Below are positions 9,417 through 19,200 of a stretch of 20,000 nucleotides of DNA, piece after piece. Position 1 is the first letter of the stretch, and every line of letters begins with the position of its first letter. Position numbers and translations under genes: made by a program. The notes beneath the pieces were generated by a model. It was not told where the DNA came from. It saw only the letters and a list, made by a program, of their open reading frames with translations, and ran no database searches. The stretch comes from Limisphaerales bacterium (lineage in GTDB: Bacteria; Verrucomicrobiota; Verrucomicrobiia; Limisphaerales; SIBE01): NCBI GenBank assembly GCA_044225505.1, contig JBGAIN010000028.1:44657-64656 (forward strand), read 5' to 3'.

Positions 9417-12400
9417 ATGATTACTGCAAAAGAGCGTTCCTTGACATCACTGTATGGTAGTTGTAGTACAGCTCGTCTGATGATGCCTTTTGCTCAAATG
9501 CCTAACCCTGAATCAACGAAGTCAACGTTTGCTCGCTGCCTCGTCGCCGTCCTCTTTCTCGCCGGAATCGGGCACACCTTAGCGGCTCCGTCACTGCGTG
9601 TGGAAGCATCCGGCCCGGACGCACAAGGCCGAATCATCCTGCATGCCCCCGGGAAAGAAGGCGCTGTCTATTCTCTCCAAGCGTCAACCAATCTGGCTGA
9701 TTGGAACCAGATCGCCACTACCCACACTGGCCTCCTTCAATTTCCGGACCCGGCGACGCGCGAGTTCGCATCTCGCTATTACCGGATTGTTGAGCGCAAT
9801 ATCACGCAAGACGATGACTGGAAGAACCAGGTGCGCCTTCCCAACGATCCTTTCCTTTCGACCCCAGGAGAAGTTGTCGGTCCGGAGATGCGTTGGATTA
9901 AGTTCGCCATCTCGCTGCGAGAACCTCACCGAGTTTACTACCAGGATAGCCAGAAATACGGGTTCCACTACGACTTCGCGCATCGAAGACTGGACCCTTT
10001 TACGAAAATGACACCTGCCGAGTTTGATCTGGTTGCGCTGCATACCAACCAACAGCAGATCGTTCTCGGGGCAGTTTTGATACCCCCATTCCCAATCGAT
10101 TCCGAGTATGGCATCCAGTTTGTCGGAACAGAGGCGTATGCTCCTGAAGACATTCGCAGGTATTTCGAGCTTGTTCGATCGACAGTTGTCAGTGACGTAT
10201 CACTCCAGGCTTTCTATGTCCCAACCTACGAGCAAGCGCGCAGCGCAGAGGATAACCGCAATTACTTCTCCGCCCATGGTATTCAAGTTGCCTCGTCAGA
10301 TCGGTGGGTTTTCGGAGACGATATCTATTCAACAGGTTGGGCACTAGGACGTCTCAAATTCTTCTCCGGCGCAGAGATTTCGAATGCATTCGCAGACGGT
10401 CGCTTAACGCCGGAAGACATCTTGCTGACTGACGGAGTGCCTGCTGAAATTCCGGTCTTGGCTGGCGTTTTATCCTTAACACCGTCGACTCCGAACTCCC
10501 ACGTTGCGATCCTTAGCAAGTCGTTTGGCCTTCCATTCGCCTACATTTCTGATCCAAACGAACGAACGCGGATTCAGCAACTTGTCGGAAAGGATATCCT
10601 GCTGCGACTTGATCCCTATGTAAACACGCTGCGTGTGGTGGAGCTTGGCCCTGACCTTCCGCCGAGTTTAAGGGCGGAGATATTGTCGCTCAAAGTTCCA
10701 CCGCAGTTGCAGATCGTAGCAAAGCAAAAGAGGGGCGCTTTGAGTGCTTCGACAGATCAACTTACTCCGGCTGACATTAAGTATTTTGGGGGCAAAGCGT
10801 CCAACTTCGGGTTTTTGAGGCGGAACATCCCGGAACGGTCGCCGGTTGCACTGGCTTTATCCTTCGACCTGTGGGACACGTTTCTGGATCAGATCCTGCC
10901 AAGCGGCCAAACTCTGCGCAGCGCGATCGATGATCGACTTTCGGGGCATAGTTACCCTCCCAATGTCGCTGCCTTGAAAAAAGATCTTGCCGACATTCGC
11001 GCCTTGATTACAAAAAGCGCGAGATTTGCGGAAGGCCAGAAGGCCGCCATTTTGTCCGCGTTGGACGGGTTTACAAACACCCACAACATCCGATTCCGTA
11101 GCTCTACGAACGTCGAAGACAGCGAACAGTTTACCGGTGCCGGGCTCTATGACAGCTACAGCGGCTGCAAAGCGGACGATCTGGACGGTGATGAGATGGG
11201 ACCGAGCCTGTGCGATCCAACGGAGAAGGAGGAGCGTGGCGTTTTCCGCGCGCTGCAAAAGGTCTATGCCAGTTTTTACAACGACAATGCCGTGATTGAG
11301 CGATTGCGTCACCACGTCGCGGAGAGCGATGTTGGCATGGCGATTCTCGCTCACTACTCGACGCCGGATGAGACTGAATTGGCGAACGGCGTCGCCACCG
11401 TTCAAGTGGTGCGCGGCAGCGGCGATGGGAACAGTGTTAACGGGCCCTTGGTGACTCAAAAAGGAGCTGTTTCAGTCACCAACCCGGACGGAACTGCCAC
11501 ACCGGAGGTGGTTCAGGGTTACCATAGTCCCTTCGGTGTCGGAGGCTTTCTAAGTCAGCGGTCCGGTCTAGTTCCGCTTGGAGCTTATGTGATGCAATGG
11601 GACGCAGACTACGTCGGTCTCATGAGGCTCTTTGCCAAAGTCGCAGACGGGTATTACGCGTACTTTCCGAATAAGAAGGAGTTTACTCTCGACTTTGAGT
11701 ATAAGCGGGTCTCCCCGGGAGTTCTGGACGTTAAACAAGTCCGGGAAGTGCCAGTGCTGATCTCGACGAACACACTACCCCAATTCCTGGTCCATGAAAC
11801 CAACAGCTATTCGGTGTTTCAGGGTGAAGCCGGCGATGTATTCTCCAATCACCGGCTGAAATCCTTTTGGTCGTTTCAGGTTCGCAATATAAAAATCACT
11901 CCGGAGAACACACGGGAGTCTCTCTTTGCCAGCGTGCAGGCGGAGTATCGAATCGAAACGAACTTGGCAGCAATCTCGGGCCCCCTTACCGCCTTGCCCG
12001 GAGCTTACCACAGGGCGGACAAGACTTTAGTGGTTGACGGTTGGACTCCTGCGACTGGCAATGGGCAGCACATCCTGGAACTCCGTACTGAGGTCCAGCC
12101 TCAAGGATTTCCAGGACAGGCGCCGGTTCTTACCTTGCGCGATGGGCGCGTCGAACTTCACGCGTGGTACGCTACCCCTCAACCCATCCTCGCCTGGGAC
12201 ATCGACAGTCTTAAACAGACAAGCGTTACGAATCATTTCGTTGTCCTAGAGCCGCGCCGAACGGTTTCTTCAAGTAGCCCTCTCCAGCATCGTGTCGCAA
12301 CCTCGAGCAACATCGTAGTCGAAACCAGTTTCTATTGGCCGACTCCGCCAAGCCGCGGGATTGGCGAGAAAACCGCGCCGCTTGGTGCGTGGAAAGAAAC

Positions 12401-12677
12401 TAAAATCACCGGTCTAACCACTCAACCGGTTGTTTTGCACAGTGAATATTCTCAAACCTATCGGCCCGGACATCACAATTTCAGCGAGGAGTTCATTTTT
12501 GAGCCCGTTCTCGAGCCCGGACTTTCCGCAGAGTCTCTCGCCGAACTCCGTGCGGCGAATGTCCAATTCCTCCATGTGCTATTTAACTTCGAACGGAGTC
12601 AAATTACCGTTTTTGGGGTTGATGGGAAGTTTCGTGCGTTGCCAGTAAGCATGAGCGAAGGCAAAACATCGCCGTGA
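9417..12677 (+). CDS. PEP/pyruvate-binding (PPDK_N-like ATP-grasp) domain protein with phospho-His-like motif and probable signal peptide
   Basis: TPNSHVAILSKSFGLP (His codon 10500), FGGKASNFG, RFRSSTNVEDSEQFTGAGLYDS, VYASFYN, MAILAH, ANGVA, DFEYK, KQVR. The start is uncertain: ATG 9417 has an AAAGGAG SD, while ATG 9480/9483/9498 give a more normal signal peptide (..ARCLVAVLFLAGIGHTLA|AP). Confidence 0.8.
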   Translation: MITAKERSLTSLYGSCSTARLMMPFAQMPNPESTKSTFARCLVAVLFLAGIGHTLAAPSLRVEASGPDAQGRIILHAPGKEGAVYSLQASTNLADWNQIATTHTGLLQFPDPATREFASRYYRIVERNITQDDDWKNQVRLPNDPFLSTPGEVVGPEMRWIKFAISLREPHRVYYQDSQKYGFHYDFAHRRLDPFTKMTPAEFDLVALHTNQQQIVLGAVLIPPFPIDSEYGIQFVGTEAYAPEDIRRYFELVRSTVVSDVSLQAFYVPTYEQARSAEDNRNYFSAHGIQVASSDRWVFGDDIYSTGWALGRLKFFSGAEISNAFADGRLTPEDILLTDGVPAEIPVLAGVLSLTPSTPNSHVAILSKSFGLPFAYISDPNERTRIQQLVGKDILLRLDPYVNTLRVVELGPDLPPSLRAEILSLKVPPQLQIVAKQKRGALSASTDQLTPADIKYFGGKASNFGFLRRNIPERSPVALALSFDLWDTFLDQILPSGQTLRSAIDDRLSGHSYPPNVAALKKDLADIRALITKSARFAEGQKAAILSALDGFTNTHNIRFRSSTNVEDSEQFTGAGLYDSYSGCKADDLDGDEMGPSLCDPTEKEERGVFRALQKVYASFYNDNAVIERLRHHVAESDVGMAILAHYSTPDETELANGVATVQVVRGSGDGNSVNGPLVTQKGAVSVTNPDGTATPEVVQGYHSPFGVGGFLSQRSGLVPLGAYVMQWDADYVGLMRLFAKVADGYYAYFPNKKEFTLDFEYKRVSPGVLDVKQVREVPVLISTNTLPQFLVHETNSYSVFQGEAGDVFSNHRLKSFWSFQVRNIKITPENTRESLFASVQAEYRIETNLAAISGPLTALPGAYHRADKTLVVDGWTPATGNGQHILELRTEVQPQGFPGQAPVLTLRDGRVELHAWYATPQPILAWDIDSLKQTSVTNHFVVLEPRRTVSSSSPLQHRVATSSNIVVETSFYWPTPPSRGIGEKTAPLGAWKETKITGLTTQPVVLHSEYSQTYRPGHHNFSEEFIFEPVLEPGLSAESLAELRAANVQFLHVLFNFERSQITVFGVDGKFRALPVSMSEGKTSP

Positions 12678-12718
12678 TGTTGGGTCCACGGAATCCCTAT
12701 GGAATCGTACCGCAGGTG

Positions 12719-14457
12719 CTAGAACAGGTTTTGTGCATCGCCCACCATCGCCTTACGAACTAAAGGGATGGGGGGGCCGCCGAATCCTAGGAATGTATCG
12801 TGGAACTGTTTCCAGGCTTTTTGGCCTCCCCTGGTGGCACACCAATCGTCGCGCAGCTTTCGGATCATTAATTTTCCCATGGTATAATTGAGGTAACCCG
12901 GATCAAACGTCCCACGCGCTGCTTGCTGGCGAGCAGTCGCGGCGTCCTGGAATCCAGCCTCGCGGAAGAGCCGCTCCGATTCTGCGACGGACATCGTTCC
13001 ACGATGCATGCCGATGGCCGACACAAATCGGATGTTACGCAACAAGGCATTGAGGAGTTGCCCAATGTGCGCTGCTGGATCTCCGCTCCGCAACCCCAGT
13101 TCCCACATCAGCTCTTCTGTGTAATGCGCCCAACCTTCGGAGAAAGCATAACCGACGAAGACCTGGCCAAACTTTGAAGAGGCTCGGTTCGCATGCAGAT
13201 ACTGAAGAAAATGCCCAGGCCAAACTTCGTGCACGGACGTGAACAAGAGATCAGGTTCAGCCGGAATGTAATCAAGTTGCTCGGCACTGGACCAGGTAGG
13301 TTCAGGTGGCGCGATGTAATAGATTGACGGCAAGTCCTTTTCGAACGGACCGGGAATNNNNNNNNNNNNNNNNATGCTGAATTCCAGCGCATATAGGGCG
13401 GACTCTCATCCACGAGGGCTTGTTCTGGACCAGGGATGGTCACAACGTCCGCGGCTTCAAGAAACTTGCGAAGTTCGGTCAATTGATTCCGCGCCGAGAC
13501 GACGGGTCCGCCACCCGGTTTGAGCGCCTTCAACTGCTGCAGGCATTCTTCGATCGATTTCCCCGGAGCCAACTTTTCCGCCGCCGCTTTTAATGCGGCG
13601 ATGTTGCGCTCAAGGTCCCGTCGGCCGATCTTTTCAAGGTCGTCCAAGGAGATTCGAACCCGTTCCGTTTCCCAGAGCATTCGTTGAAATCGCTCAGGTC
13701 CCAGCGCGAACTCATCCGTGGCACGCTTGCTTTCAGCGTCGAACCAGCTATCGAGCTCCTTAAGGCGAAGAACGGCATTGGTGTTGGCCGTAGCCAATTC
13801 GGCGAGTAACGCGTCATCGCGCACTCCGCGGAAAACCTTTAGCACGTCTCCTTCGAAAAACGTTGCCAGACCGCCGAAGGTCGTTCGACCCATCCCAATT
13901 AGAGTTTGCGCCATGGGTGTTTGCAGATTTGCCCGGATCTGCTCCAAGGCCGCTGGCAGGTTCCGTAGATAGCGAACAAACGCCTTCGCTCGTTCTGGTA
14001 AGGGCGCGTAATCCCTCGTCAAATAGACGTTCGGATCGATTCCACCGGAATTCGAGTAGTAGGCCGGGTTCAGAAAAGGGGCACGGGCATCTTCAATCCA
14101 AAAGATTTCCCCGTCAATCGTCGCAACCAGGTAATCTCTCTCAAACTCCTCTTTCGGGCCGATCACCTTCTGCGATAGTGCTCCGGACTTGGTCGACTTC
14201 AGAAAGCGGACGTACTTCTCAAATCCCGCGCGGCTGTAATCGGGCAGCTGACCATCGAATTCATGACGGCCCGCAGTGACCGCCACATCGGGCCGGTATC
14301 GGAAGTACTCTGCGATAAACCCTTGGACAAAATCAGCCCAGGAGGAATTCGCTCGTTCCCCAGCCCCTGGGGGAGTCACCGCGGCGTCTGTCTGATTCCC
14401 TCCCTGGAAAAGTAAGTGGCCAGTCATGAGGAAAAGCAACGGGAGTTTCCGAATCAT
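12719..14457 (-). CDS. DUF885 family protein (zincin-like, probably exported); a single gene interrupted by an assembly gap
   Basis: The track ORFs 13108..14457 and 12719..13333 join across the Ns: ...PPYMRWNSA-[gap]-IPGPFEKDLPSIYYIAPP. Motifs HEVWPGHFLQ, FSEGWAHYTE, YLNYTMGKLMIRKLR, FHDTFLGFGGPPIPLVR. Confidence 0.87.
13358..13373. other. Assembly/scaffold gap (16 N)
   Basis: Run of n characters in the sequence. Confidence 0.99.
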
Positions 14458-14710
14458 ACGGCTGTGTGGCAGATATACTTCTCCAAGTCAAGAATCCAGG
14501 CAGAAGAGAACCTCTCCCAGTTCTTAGGCGTTTCCTCAACCCTCGCCTGATCATGCCCCAACCGCGGGCGACAACCTCCTGCCGCTTCCCAGCCTCCGAG
14601 TAGCGTCAACCGTTAGCGACTCGAGTAGCGTGAATTTCAGAATCAACACTCCGGCTTTTGGAATTGCCATTCGCCCCTCGGCTTCCGCGGCCGACCCAGG
14701 CAGAATTCCG

Positions 14711-16000
14711 TCAACGGACGACTTGGAGATCGGGTTCGGCGTGGGGCTGGTATGTGCCGCTGCCGACCAAGCGTTCGAAGATTGGCGAAGCCATGAGAGT
14801 CGTTACCACCGCCATAATGACCAGCACCGCAAATAGACCTTCCGAAATAATGCCACGCTGCAGCCCGATGTTAATAATAATGAGTTCCATTAGACCGCGA
14901 GCGTTCATCAAGGTGCCGATCCCCAGGGCTTCGCGGTTAGAAACACCGGTGGCGCGTGCGGCCAGCCAGCACGCGACTCCTTTGCCCAAGACAGCTGCGA
15001 CGAGCACGGCTCCGCACATCAGCCAAAGAAACCCGGTATTCAACAAGGCAATTTTGGTATTCAACCCAGAGTAAGTGAAGAAGAGCGGAAGGAGCAGTGC
15101 CACGGTTAGCTGTTGCACACGTCCGATTAAGTCACGCGTCACAGCTCCGCGCGGCATTGCCGCTCCCATGACGAATGCCCCGAACACAGCGTGCAGACCG
15201 ATCAGATCGGTAAACCAAGCCCCTAACGCCATCAAAGCAATTCCCAGGACGAGTCCGGCTTCGGATAATGTACTGTTCTTCACCAGCAATGGCTGCATCC
15301 GCTTGAGCAACGGACGTATGCAGCCGAGCGTCAGCAGGACGTAACCCGCGCCGCCAAGAATATTGATACACGCCCGGCTCCAGTTTTGGTCAAAGCTGGC
15401 CAACACCACGGCAAGCAAGCACCAAGCGGTCGCGTCGTCTAGTGCGCCAGCGCCCAGAGCCACCGTTCCCATGGTCGTGCCGGCTAGCTTTTTAAAATGA
15501 ATAATCCGCGCAAGCATTGGGAAGGCAGTGATGCACATGGACGCTCCTAAAAATAGCATCGCCTCCATCATTGAGGTTTTCTTAGGAAAGAGCTCCGGGG
15601 AATGGTAAAACACCCAAGCCAAACCCACTCCCAGCACGAACGGCGCTGCCATGCCCGCAAATGAGACCGCAATGGAACTCCGCAACCGCTTGCGGACGAT
15701 GTCCATCCGGAATTCCATCCCCACGACGAACATGTAAAGTGCCAAACCGAGTTGCGAGGCGGGAAATAGGTAGCTCTGAGTGTCTCGCATCTTTTGGGTG
15801 GGGTCCCAAGGGAAAAGCCACTGTTGTGCGCCAGGCCAAAACAGACCAAAAAGGGACGGCCCTAGCAAGACCCCCGCCAGCATCTCGGCAACAACTTGAG
15901 GCTGTCCGAAGCGCGCCGCTATCGCTCCGACAAGCCTACAAAAGAGCAGGATGACCGGTATCTGAAGGAAAAACTGGACAGCCAACTGGACGTTATTCAT
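14711..16000 (-). CDS. Cation:proton antiporter (CPA2 / Na_H_Exchanger, Kef-type membrane domain, no cytoplasmic regulatory domain)
   Basis: GQPQVVAEMLAGVLLGPS, ITAFPMLARI, ALDDATAW, GLHAVFGAFVMG, LLPLFFTYSGL, LMNARGLMELI; highly hydrophobic throughout. Confidence 0.92.
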   Translation of the reverse strand: MNNVQLAVQFFLQIPVILLFCRLVGAIAARFGQPQVVAEMLAGVLLGPSLFGLFWPGAQQWLFPWDPTQKMRDTQSYLFPASQLGLALYMFVVGMEFRMDIVRKRLRSSIAVSFAGMAAPFVLGVGLAWVFYHSPELFPKKTSMMEAMLFLGASMCITAFPMLARIIHFKKLAGTTMGTVALGAGALDDATAWCLLAVVLASFDQNWSRACINILGGAGYVLLTLGCIRPLLKRMQPLLVKNSTLSEAGLVLGIALMALGAWFTDLIGLHAVFGAFVMGAAMPRGAVTRDLIGRVQQLTVALLLPLFFTYSGLNTKIALLNTGFLWLMCGAVLVAAVLGKGVACWLAARATGVSNREALGIGTLMNARGLMELIIINIGLQRGIISEGLFAVLVIMAVVTTLMASPIFERLVGSGTYQPHAEPDLQVVR

Positions 16001-16281
16001 TCGAAAACGGGTTTCCCTGTGTCGATGCCCAAAGTTACCCGCCCCGACTCTATCTGCGCAAACGGTATTTTGAATGCGAATGCGATCACACTCGCCGAGG
16101 TCGAGAGAGTGGGTGTCGAGTCAAAATGTGCCTTCAGACTGCGCCCCCCTCCTCCGGCAGCGTCCTTGGGGATGCCACGTTCGAGCCGTGCCGACGCTGT
16201 CCAGCAGAATTAGCCATCCCTGCCTGGACCTCACCTCCGGCTTGCCAGGTCCGTTGTTCCCTGCTCTAATATCCGACAGCC

Positions 16282-19200
16282 ATGTTTCCCGGTTTCGCTT
16301 CGAGCGTCGTTTTCTTTGTCCGACGCATCATCTCAAAGAGTGTTCCCTCGTCTGAACTCCGACCGCGCCACCAACGGAGATACGGGCTCTCGCTTTCCGT
16401 GGCACTGGGGCTCATCCCTCTGGCAGCCCAGGAGTTCCCACGTGGTCCAGGACAACTCGTGCGGATCGAATACGAGGTCGAAACGTTTGGCAGTAACTCC
16501 GCCGGTAAGGAGACGAACGTGCTCGGACCAAACGAACCCCTCTCCATCACGGATTCCACATTTCCCAAAGGAAAATCACTGAGAATTCAGTTCGCCGGCC
16601 AACCAGCGGTTCAGCCGATCCTCAACGGAACGATTCGGTTCAAGAATCTGCCCATCACGACTCCGGAGCGTGACCTGATTACCGGCTTTCAGCCGCCGAT
16701 GCCCGTAAGCTTGCAGTTTGATGGCAGTTGGTCGAGGACTACGGATTTCGGTTACGCCGCTGCACGGATCCTGATGGGGTCGATCCAACCGAGCGCTTGC
16801 ACATCGCCTCAACCGATCAAAACGGGGCCTCCCATTCCGGTTGGAAACACTCCGATCACGCTTACCAGCGAGTGCACGTTGAAATCGCTCAGTCAACTGT
16901 CGGGCAGTGATCCGCTTGAGGTGGAGGAGCAATTGAGTGGGATTGTAGACATCATCGCGGGTGACGGTGGTGCGGGCGATAATCCGATCTTCCTTGGCGT
17001 CCAGGCTAAAGTGCTGGCGAAGGCTATCTACAGGTCTCGGCTAAAGCCGAGGATCGAGCTGAATACCAATCGGTTTACGATTCGTTACACAAACGGCGAT
17101 CCGGTCATCGCGCCACAAACCGTGGTCATGACTAACACAGGGGGCTTGCCGCTCGAATGGACGGCGACGGTAACGACGACGCCTACTGGCGGCGATTGGA
17201 TCACCCCGAATTTGAGTTCGGGGACGCTTGATTCCAGAGCTTCACTGCCGGTGAACTTAGCGATCGATCCAACTCGACTGGCGCCGGGAGATTACACCGC
17301 CACCATTGCCTTCGGCGGCAATTCTTACAACGGCTCGAAGTCCGTAAATGTCGCGCTCAAAGTCATCGGTGTTCCCAAAATCGCCGTCCATCCGTCGCAA
17401 CTGGAGTTTTACAATACCGTCGCGCTGCCGCGGCAAATCATCACCGTGACGAATTCAGGAACTGCTCCTTTGATTTTCCAAGCGGTTCCCAGCGCGGATG
17501 CTAAATGGATTACGATCCTCCCTGCGAGCGACAGTCTGAACCCTGGCAATGCGCGCGAGATTACGGTCTATGCCCTGCAAACGCCGACGGGAGGAACCCC
17601 TCTCACTGCCGGAGACTACCGGGCGACGATTGAATTCAGCCAGTATCCCGGCAGCCCGAATGCCTTTGCCCCGACGTCTGTCGATGTCACATTTCATGTG
17701 CTCGACCCTAAGGATCAGCTGACCCTTTCAGATCCCCAACCTTCCACCGACGTAGCGATTAACCTAAACACGGATTACGACAGTTTCAGTGCGAAAGTGT
17801 CCTATCAACTTAGTTCGCGAGCGGAAGCGGACTTGGCGCTCAGACTCATTGATGACCAGGGAAATCTTCAGGCGAGTTCAGATTTCATTCGAGTCAAACG
17901 CACCGACGGGCGAGTTACGGACCAAGTCATCAGACTTCAAAAATTCAAGATTACATCGGACGCCCAAGGCAAGACTCCGGCAAAACTCTTCCTTCGAGCA
18001 GTCCTTATTGATCGTGCTTTGGTCACTCCCATACTCTTCACTCCGGAACAAGATTACGTCTACACCGTGGCTCAGGTTCAACTGGTTGGCCTGGAAGTTA
18101 ACCAAGTGGTGCAGGACTGGAAAGGGCAAGTCCCTCTGATCGAAGGCAAGTTGACCATCGTTCGTGCGCACCTTCTTGCCAGCGGCCCGCAGCCGCTCCA
18201 GATCCGCGACGCGAAACTACACGGCTCACGCAATGGCGTGGCCCTTCCGGACTCACCCTTAACGCCACTGAACTTTGGAGCCAAAATCACAGCTTTGCCT
18301 CAAGCGCACGCCCGCCGCGACGCCGAGGAATCCAGCGCCAATTTCCTCATCCCCTTTGAATGGGCGCGAGGAAAACTGGAACTCCGGTTTGAGGCCACCA
18401 ATGTCGTCTGCCTCGAGGCTGCCGGAACGCCCAAAGATTGTACGACTCTCGTCACATTCGTCCCCAGCGGATTACTTGACATCAAGTACCTTAACGTCGC
18501 TTGGGAAGATGAGAATGGGTTTACACACGAGGCGAGTTCGTCCGAGATTGGCAGAGAATTGGATGCCATCACTGCTCGCTTTCCCATGATCGATCCCCGG
18601 CGGTTTGACATTCAACGACTGCGTCTCCCAGGATCTGGCACCCCAAATCCATTGAATGTCACTGCCGAACTCGAGACATTGCGTGCGCGCAACGGCTGCG
18701 ATGCGGAATGCCATCAGATTTATCTTGGCCTTATCAAAGACCTTCCTTACGAAGACTTTCTATTAGACGAAGATGTGTCCAATAATTCCCGATCGGGGGT
18801 GACTGGCATTCCTGCTGAAACGGCCGGTGGCTTTGGTCGAAGCATCGTGGCCCATCGCTTGGCGCTTTTGTTAGGGGTTCCTCACGCCGTCCACGCTTCG
18901 CTACCCCCCGGCCCTCTCGACCAGAAAATGGGCTGGTGTGGAGAGCGCGCCCCCAAAGAAACGCTCGACTATCCTGAGTTCGCCAACCTTGGGGGCTTTG
19001 TTTACCCAACGCTCGGTCCGATGGATGCGGGAGACGAGGACCTGGTGTATGGGGTGCAGGCCTTCCAGGTTCAGTCAGGTCAAGCCGCTGGGGCCCCATC
19101 CGTAACCGCTCAGTTGCGGATTTTCAGTCCATTCAACACCTCAGACTTGATGAGCCACTGTGGATTTCAAGATGCTCGTCCAGACCGCCTGACTTGGCCC

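Noticed and set aside
9441..9469. TTGACA-N17-TAGTAC as a sigma-70 promoter for the dikinase-like gene
   Set aside because: The -35 is perfect but the -10 lacks the conserved final T, and it conflicts with the SD-supported start at 9417; not supportable without TSS data.
12719..14457. DUF885 pseudogene or programmed frameshift
   Set aside because: The frame change coincides exactly with the N gap.
14660..14709. Imperfect hairpin just downstream of the antiporter stop as an intrinsic terminator
   Set aside because: The stem is interrupted and no U-tract follows on the minus strand.
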